From positions 22,600-86,599 of the IMG/VR virus record IMGVR_UViG_3300008448_011250: 64,000 nt of DNA; one strand, 5' to 3'. A program made the position numbers and the translations under genes. Origin of the DNA: a virus. A model generated the notes under the pieces. That model ran no database searches. It was not told the DNA's origin and saw nothing but the letters and a program-made list of their open reading frames with translations. Below are positions 56,847 to 64,000 of this stretch, piece by piece (position 1 is the stretch's first letter; each line of letters opens with the position of its first letter).

Positions 56847-58934
56847 ATGAAACAGGGAGATAACAAGACACAATGGGGCGCATCTAGCTTTTGGTTGGAT
56901 CGAGATTTTGATGTTGATTTTAAAAGAGAAGAAGGCGGCGTTGACTTAGCTAAATTAGCGGCAGCACAAAGAGCAATTGCTAACTTTGTTAATATTGTTA
57001 CGGGCAAACAAATTCCTGTAGTATTTCAAAGCTCTGACAATAGTTACACAGATGGCGAACAAGTTGTTATTGGTTCTAAATTAGAAGATAAACATTTTGA
57101 CCCAGCTGTTGGATTAGCCTTACATGAAGGCTCACATATCTTATTGACAGACTTTACCATGTTTCAAACAGTTCAAGGCGGCTTCACTAGCTTAATTGAA
57201 AATACAAAGTTTGCGAATGCAGTTCGTATGCGCGGATTAGACCCGGAGATGAAAATGACATCTCGAGAATTTACAATCATCAAAGACCTATTGAATTGGA
57301 TCGAAGATCGTCGTATTGACTATTACATATACACCACAGCTCCAGGATACCGTATGTATTATGAAGCAATGTATGATAAATATTTCAATGACAAAATTGT
57401 TGATAAGGCTTTGAAGACCAATGAGAAGTGTGATGAATCTTGGGATGATTACTTTTTTCATATCATCAATTTCACTAATCCAAATCGCAACCTAGATGCA
57501 CTTAAACAATTAAGAAGTATATGGTCAATGATTGATTTGCGAAACATTAGCAGATTGAAATCTACCGATGATGCATTAAGTGTAGCAATTGAAGTATACA
57601 AAGCAATCAAAGATGCAGTCACTGAAATAGATATGCCAGGTAATAATGGACAAGGACAAGGAGAAGGACAGCCTGGAGAAGGACCTATAGGAGGCGGAAG
57701 CGGTGATGGATCGGGAGAGCCTACGGATATTAATGAAGATGATGATGAAAGTGATAGCGATAGTGAAGGAGATGAAGAAGGAGAAGGTAATGGTGGCGGT
57801 TCCGAATTGACACAAAGAGAACTAGAAAAATTGCAAAAAGCAATTGATAAGCAACGAGAATTTTTAAATGGCGATTCTAAAAAATCTGGAAAGATTACTA
57901 AGAAGAATGCATCAATTATCAATGCCTTAAGAGATTCAGATACAAATATCAAACAAGTAGATACAAGCGCAGAAGGTGCTGGCTCAGCAAACTTTGTTGA
58001 TACCGTTGTTATTAAAAAGTTGACGCCAGGTATTATTTGTTCATTGTCTAATTTATTTGCAACTAATTCCGAAGATTATGTCACCGGAAAGCGAGATTAT
58101 GACACAGATGTTAAAAAAGGTAGTTACTATGCTAGATGCTTGAAAGAAACTGATGATGCAGTTACGAAAGGTATCATCTTAGGCAAACAATTGGGTCGCA
58201 AGCTCCAGGTAAGAGACACGGAACGCAGTTTGAAATCAACTCGTTTGCAATCCGGTAAAATTGATAGACGTTTAATTTCGCAGTTGGGTTATGACAATGT
58301 AAATGTATTTCACCGAATAGTAACAGACCGTTATAAGAATTATTTTATTCATATTTCAATTGATGCTTCAGGATCAATGTCAGGCACTAAGTTTTACAAT
58401 GCAATTACATCTGCAGTAGCAGTAGCACAAGCAGCATCAATGACAACGGGTATTAGAGTCCAAATTTCATTCCGAGGAACAAATTCAATTGGCTCTGGCG
58501 ATAAATGTATAACATTGTATGCATATGACTCACAACATGATAAAATGAGTAAAATCAAATCATTGTTTAAGTATTTGCGTACCTTTGGTGTTACTCCGGA
58601 GGGAATTGCATTTAAAAGTATTGAAAAGGAAATTCGTGCAGCAGCAAAAGGAGATGAGTGTATCTTTATTAACTATTCCGATGGCGAGCCAACTGACATC
58701 TCCGGAGTGCAAAGTTCATATGATGGTGTAGAATATACAAGACGCGTTATTAATTCATTTAAAGAAGCAGGCATCAATGTAATTTCATATTTTATCTATC
58801 AAGGTTATATGGGTTCAAACACGAAATATAATTTTACTAGAATGTATGGCCCAGATGCACAATTCATTGATCCAATGAACATGACACAAGTTTCCAAAAC
58901 TGTCAATCAAAAGTTCTTGGAAATGGCTGAATAA
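56847..58934 (+). CDS. VWA-domain partner of MoxR (CobT-like) with HExxH domain
   Basis: LHEGSH...NWIEDRRID; acidic Gly-rich linker; IDASGSM MIDAS, TPE, SDGEP. Start moved downstream of the promoter. Confidence 0.85.
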   Translation: MKQGDNKTQWGASSFWLDRDFDVDFKREEGGVDLAKLAAAQRAIANFVNIVTGKQIPVVFQSSDNSYTDGEQVVIGSKLEDKHFDPAVGLALHEGSHILLTDFTMFQTVQGGFTSLIENTKFANAVRMRGLDPEMKMTSREFTIIKDLLNWIEDRRIDYYIYTTAPGYRMYYEAMYDKYFNDKIVDKALKTNEKCDESWDDYFFHIINFTNPNRNLDALKQLRSIWSMIDLRNISRLKSTDDALSVAIEVYKAIKDAVTEIDMPGNNGQGQGEGQPGEGPIGGGSGDGSGEPTDINEDDDESDSDSEGDEEGEGNGGGSELTQRELEKLQKAIDKQREFLNGDSKKSGKITKKNASIINALRDSDTNIKQVDTSAEGAGSANFVDTVVIKKLTPGIICSLSNLFATNSEDYVTGKRDYDTDVKKGSYYARCLKETDDAVTKGIILGKQLGRKLQVRDTERSLKSTRLQSGKIDRRLISQLGYDNVNVFHRIVTDRYKNYFIHISIDASGSMSGTKFYNAITSAVAVAQAASMTTGIRVQISFRGTNSIGSGDKCITLYAYDSQHDKMSKIKSLFKYLRTFGVTPEGIAFKSIEKEIRAAAKGDECIFINYSDGEPTDISGVQSSYDGVEYTRRVINSFKEAGINVISYFIYQGYMGSNTKYNFTRMYGPDAQFIDPMNMTQVSKTVNQKFLEMAE

Positions 58935-58943
58935 GTTATTAAT

Positions 58944-58952
58944 ATATTTATA
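58944..58952 (+). promoter_or_regulatory. Class II promoter
   Basis: ATATTTATA upstream of groEL. Confidence 0.6.
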
Positions 58953-58964
58953 TAAAAGTTATAA

Positions 58965-60587
<1,623 letters not shown>

Positions 60588-60588
60588 A

Positions 60589-60798
60589 ATGCAAATACAA
60601 GTACATAACGGAATCGCATACAAAGTATTACGAGCAAAATTTATTTCACACTTTGCTCCTAAATTAGACGAACACCCAAACATGGAGTATGTACAATTAT
60701 TTAGAGACTGGGTTGGAGCAGATCATGTATTGAGAACTCCAACTCACTTTCTTTTTTGTGAAACAATTCAAGAAGCAGACTTTGAAATGTGTGAATGA
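60589..60798 (+). CDS. Hypothetical protein
   Basis: 69 aa, immediately after groEL. Confidence 0.55.
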   Translation: MQIQVHNGIAYKVLRAKFISHFAPKLDEHPNMEYVQLFRDWVGADHVLRTPTHFLFCETIQEADFEMCE

Positions 60799-60809
60799 TT
60801 CAATATAAT
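60781..60809 (+). promoter_or_regulatory. Class I promoter (leaderless)
   Basis: TTTGAA-17 nt-TATAAT; ATG 5 nt downstream. Confidence 0.6.
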
Positions 60810-60814
60810 ATGTT

Positions 60815-61072
60815 ATGACAGAAAAAGAAATACAATTGTTAGGATTTGAACGAGAAGATTATTCAGATTTTGACGGAGATCATTATTATTATTCATATCA
60901 GGTAGCTCAAGGCTTTGGATTTATTTCATCTGCCAATACCGAAAGCGATGCAGAATGGTTTGTTGACTTTTTTGATTCATATCCAACAATTCGATTTACG
61001 GATTTTGAAGAAGTACAATCATTAATTAAATTAATCGAAAAACGAGTAGTACGCGATGAATCAGCTGGATAG
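60815..61072 (+). CDS. Hypothetical acidic protein
   Basis: 85 aa. Confidence 0.55.
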   Translation: MTEKEIQLLGFEREDYSDFDGDHYYYSYQVAQGFGFISSANTESDAEWFVDFFDSYPTIRFTDFEEVQSLIKLIEKRVVRDESAG

Positions 61073-62183
61073 ACACTATCAAGATCTTTTATTTAACCTT
61101 ATAGCAGATGGACGCGTGAAAGAAACGCGAAATGGTAAAACTATATCAATATTCGGACATCAAATACGTCACAAGATGTCAGAAGGTTTTCCATTACTTA
61201 CCACAAAGAAAATGTATTGGAAAGGAATTGTAACCGAGTTGTTATGGTTTTTAAGGGGTGATACAAACATCAAATACCTTGTTGATAATGATTGTCATAT
61301 TTGGGATGGTGATGCTTATAAGAATTTTGAGAAAACCTGTCAGTTTGAAAGGGATGCAAACCACATACTACCTGATGAATGGATGAGTATTAGTGATGAC
61401 TATATGTCCGTAGATGTTTTAACACAAGAAGAATTCATCAACAAAATCAAAACAGATGATGAGTTTGCAAAGACGTGGGGTGAGTTAGGTCCAATTTATG
61501 GTAAGCAGTGGAGAAGTTGGAAAACTAGCGATACTAAAAGTTTAGGCGGAACATTTTGGGGTCCAACTACCGAAATAACAGAAAATTCAATTGACCAAAT
61601 CGCAAACCTAATCAACGACCTTAAAACAAACCCAGACTCAAGACGATTGATGGTTAATGCGTGGAATGTTGGTGAATTGGACCAAATGACACTTCCACCT
61701 TGTCATTATGGATTTCAAGTTTATACAAGAGAGTTGAATATGGAAGAACGAAGTACAATCCAAATTCAAACAAACGATTACGCATCATTTTACACCAAAG
61801 AAGAGATGGACAATAATAACATCCCTAAACGAGCAATCTCTTTAATGTGGAATCAACGTTCAGTGGATACATTCTTAGGTTTGCCATTCAATATTGCTTC
61901 TTATGGTTTACTACTTGAAATCATTGCAAAAGAAGTTAATATGGTTCCTGATGAATTGATTGGTAATTTAGGTGACGTTCATTTATATCAAGATCATTTA
62001 GAACAAGCGCGTCAACAGATTGTAAGAGAACCTTATGCGTTGCCTAAACTTATTATAGATCAATTCGACGAATCAAATCATTACATCGGAGATATGGATG
62101 ATGTTTCGGAATACAACATTGAACAGTTTAAATTACAAGGTTATCAATCACATCCGGCAATTAAAGCACCTTTAATCAATTAA
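61056..62183 (+). CDS. thyA: Thymidylate synthase
   Basis: FPLLTTK, ELLWFL, GPIYGKQWR, DSRR, LPPCH, QRSVDTFLGLPFN, HLY; several insertions. Confidence 0.95.
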   Translation: MNQLDRHYQDLLFNLIADGRVKETRNGKTISIFGHQIRHKMSEGFPLLTTKKMYWKGIVTELLWFLRGDTNIKYLVDNDCHIWDGDAYKNFEKTCQFERDANHILPDEWMSISDDYMSVDVLTQEEFINKIKTDDEFAKTWGELGPIYGKQWRSWKTSDTKSLGGTFWGPTTEITENSIDQIANLINDLKTNPDSRRLMVNAWNVGELDQMTLPPCHYGFQVYTRELNMEERSTIQIQTNDYASFYTKEEMDNNNIPKRAISLMWNQRSVDTFLGLPFNIASYGLLLEIIAKEVNMVPDELIGNLGDVHLYQDHLEQARQQIVREPYALPKLIIDQFDESNHYIGDMDDVSEYNIEQFKLQGYQSHPAIKAPLIN

Positions 62184-62184
62184 T

Positions 62185-63009
62185 ATGAATAAAATAGTTG
62201 AGATCTTTAAACAATTCAAATTTGAGTTGATTTGGATTTATTCATTCATGTTATTAACAGAACTTGCTAATTTAGCAACTCCATTCTTGCTAGGTAAAAG
62301 TATCGATGGATTGATTGTTGGCAGTTGGGGTTGGTTGGTATTATTAGGAGGCTCATATTTTTTATCTACATTCTTTAACTACAAGAGAATGGTTTATGAT
62401 ACTAAAGTATATACAAAAATTTACAATAGCATTGTCTTTAGATTCTTAAAAAATGATCAACTTGATACATCAACAAAGATTGCTCGAACTGATATGGCCC
62501 ATGAAATAGTGCACGTATTGGAAGGTTATGTTCATTATTATATTGCAACTATAGTAACAATAATTGGATCTATTGGATTTATATTTTCAGAAAATTGGCA
62601 GGTAGGGTTACTAGTTATAATTGCTATGATTTTGATTGTACTAGCCGGTTCGGTATATTACAAAAAAGTACAACAAGCAATTTGTGTTAGGAATAATCAT
62701 AATGAGAATAAAGCAAATTCTATTGAATTAGGGTATGACCAGTCCGTATCATTTTTTAAACGAATGCGAAGAATAAACATATATGATTCAACTGTACAGG
62801 GAAAGAATTGGTTTCTAATCGGAATGATTAAAAACATATTTCTGTTCATTGCAGTAATATTACTTGTATTAACAACTCGCAACATTACAATTGGTAGCAT
62901 AATTACAGTATATTCATATGTTAATAACTTCTTAATTGCATTGCTATCTGTACCCGTTGCTCTTGAAATGTATTCTAGACTAGGAGATATATTAAAAAGA
63001 TTACATTAA
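62185..63009 (+). CDS. ABC-transporter transmembrane-domain-only protein
   Basis: TPFLLGKSIDG, multiple TMs, ITIGSIITVYSYV; no NBD. Confidence 0.65.
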   Translation: MNKIVEIFKQFKFELIWIYSFMLLTELANLATPFLLGKSIDGLIVGSWGWLVLLGGSYFLSTFFNYKRMVYDTKVYTKIYNSIVFRFLKNDQLDTSTKIARTDMAHEIVHVLEGYVHYYIATIVTIIGSIGFIFSENWQVGLLVIIAMILIVLAGSVYYKKVQQAICVRNNHNENKANSIELGYDQSVSFFKRMRRINIYDSTVQGKNWFLIGMIKNIFLFIAVILLVLTTRNITIGSIITVYSYVNNFLIALLSVPVALEMYSRLGDILKRLH

Positions 63010-63016
63010 TAAAATT

Positions 63017-63343
63017 ATGGATGACATCAAAATAGTACATTTAAAAAGCAATGCTCAGCAATTAGAAACTTGGATTGCTATGGTTAGTGGAGACATTGTA
63101 GGACATATCTACATGGAGCGTGAACGAGACCAAAAGATTAAATTCTTAGATGCTTGGGTTCATGAAGAACATCGAAGGAAAGGCATCTTCAGAATGTTAT
63201 GGGATGCACGTTGGGACTATGTACAAAGCAAATATCCAGGATGGTTAGCGTATGCTTGGTGCAAACCGGCATCATTGCCATTGCTATTAGAAAAAGGATT
63301 CGATGCTGGAGAACAATGCACATACGTTGAAAAAATTATCTAG
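63017..63343 (+). CDS. GNAT acetyltransferase
   Basis: WVHEEHRRKGIFRML...SLPLLLEKGF. Confidence 0.8.
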   Translation: MDDIKIVHLKSNAQQLETWIAMVSGDIVGHIYMERERDQKIKFLDAWVHEEHRRKGIFRMLWDARWDYVQSKYPGWLAYAWCKPASLPLLLEKGFDAGEQCTYVEKII

Positions 63344-63344
63344 T

Positions 63345-63353
63345 ATATTTATT
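63345..63353 (+). promoter_or_regulatory. Class II promoter (leaderless)
   Basis: ATATTTATT; ATG 5 nt downstream. Confidence 0.55.
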
Positions 63354-63358
63354 AGTAT

Positions 63359-63946
63359 ATGCGTTTCATTTTATTCATATCGTTACTTTGGAGTTATGCA
63401 TTCTCACAATGCAATGGAACGCAATCTTTTACATTAACTCCACCACCTTCAGCTGGTACATATCTTCCAGGACAAACGGTAACTGCATGTTACACGATGA
63501 ATGGATACACTCAAGCGGGAACAAATTGGATAGATGGCTTTGATTTGACATTGGGTCCAGGTTGGTCATCAGTTACTCCACAAACGGCACCAGCAAATTG
63601 CGGTGGTAATGCAACCGGAGGACAATGGACATGGATGACGACAGTAACATCAACAACAACTCCTATTACAACGGTTGGCCCGGGATACTTTTTTGATTTG
63701 AATGTAGATGGAAATCCGGGAAATGATTTTGGAGATGCTGGCTCATGTGCATGGACGTTTTGTGTTACACTTACAGTAGCTAACGTATGTACTCCACAAA
63801 ATTTATTATTACAAGTAACACCTGGATCGGATGGCGTTTGGGGAAGTTATACAAGTAGCACATGTGACGTGTTAACACCATTTACTTTATTCAATGGAAC
63901 TATTAACATAACGCTACCTAGTCTAGGCGCTATACAACACAATTAA
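63359..63946 (+). CDS. Secreted Thr/Gly/Cys-rich protein
   Basis: Signal peptide ...AFS|QCN; DGNPGNDFGD Ca-binding-like loop; six Cys after the first. Confidence 0.7.
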   Translation: MRFILFISLLWSYAFSQCNGTQSFTLTPPPSAGTYLPGQTVTACYTMNGYTQAGTNWIDGFDLTLGPGWSSVTPQTAPANCGGNATGGQWTWMTTVTSTTTPITTVGPGYFFDLNVDGNPGNDFGDAGSCAWTFCVTLTVANVCTPQNLLLQVTPGSDGVWGSYTSSTCDVLTPFTLFNGTINITLPSLGAIQHN

Positions 63947-63957
63947 AAGGATAAAAT

Positions 63958-64000
63958 ATGAAAAAGCTATTATTTATTGCCGCAATGTTGATTTCAAGTA
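63958..64000 (+). CDS. Signal-peptide protein (3' partial)
   Basis: AAGGA RBS then MKKLLFIAAMLISS. Confidence 0.5.
   Translation, partial: MKKLLFIAAMLISS

Noticed and set aside
57645-57805. Gly/Glu/Asp-rich low-complexity stretch as a tandem repeat
   Set aside because: Ordinary acidic linker of CobT-like VWA proteins; no exact DNA periodicity.
61056-62183. ThyA as a pyrimidine hydroxymethylase feeding the glycosyltransferases
   Set aside because: It retains the dUMP-specifying Asn (GLPFN) and canonical ThyA motifs, and a dUTPase is present. The insertions are short and in variable loops.

Overview
A 64-kb segment of a large, AT-rich, T4-like (myovirus-type) dsDNA phage. Every credible gene is on the + strand and read with the standard genetic code. 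The host is most likely Bacteroidota, based on Q-rule signal peptides, T9SS-like proteins, ClpS/GroEL type and TTTG-N19-TAnnTT-like promoters. Gene order: baseplate genes; an unusual short family-A polymerase; a replication core (gp32-like SSB, RecA/UvsX, 5'-3' exonuclease, helicase, class II RNR, PolB, clamp, clamp loader, dUTPase). Interleaved with that core is a 7-deazaguanine DNA-modification pathway (FolE, QueD, QueE, a second QueD-like T-fold protein, a GT-B glycosyltransferase and a DpdA/TGT-fold enzyme; no QueC in the window). Then follow a ~12.5-kb, 15-gene glycosylation/tailoring cluster, a holin-amidase lysis cassette, probable virion-packaged cargo proteins with shared N-terminal leaders, proteostasis genes (ClpS, MoxR-VWA, GroEL/GroES) and thyA. 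Most notable observations: (i) the DpdA-like enzyme ends in the same KFFxF tail as PolB and sits directly before the clamp gene, suggesting clamp-tethered and possibly glycosylated deazaguanine modification; (ii) two families of shared N-terminal targeting leaders on unrelated enzyme domains; (iii) a 3'-UTR perfectly complementary to the start codon of its own gene (MoxR); (iv) two promoter classes, many apparently giving leaderless mRNAs; (v) a PolA with His at the steric-gate position. All assignments come from reading motifs by eye; no database searches or computations were run.
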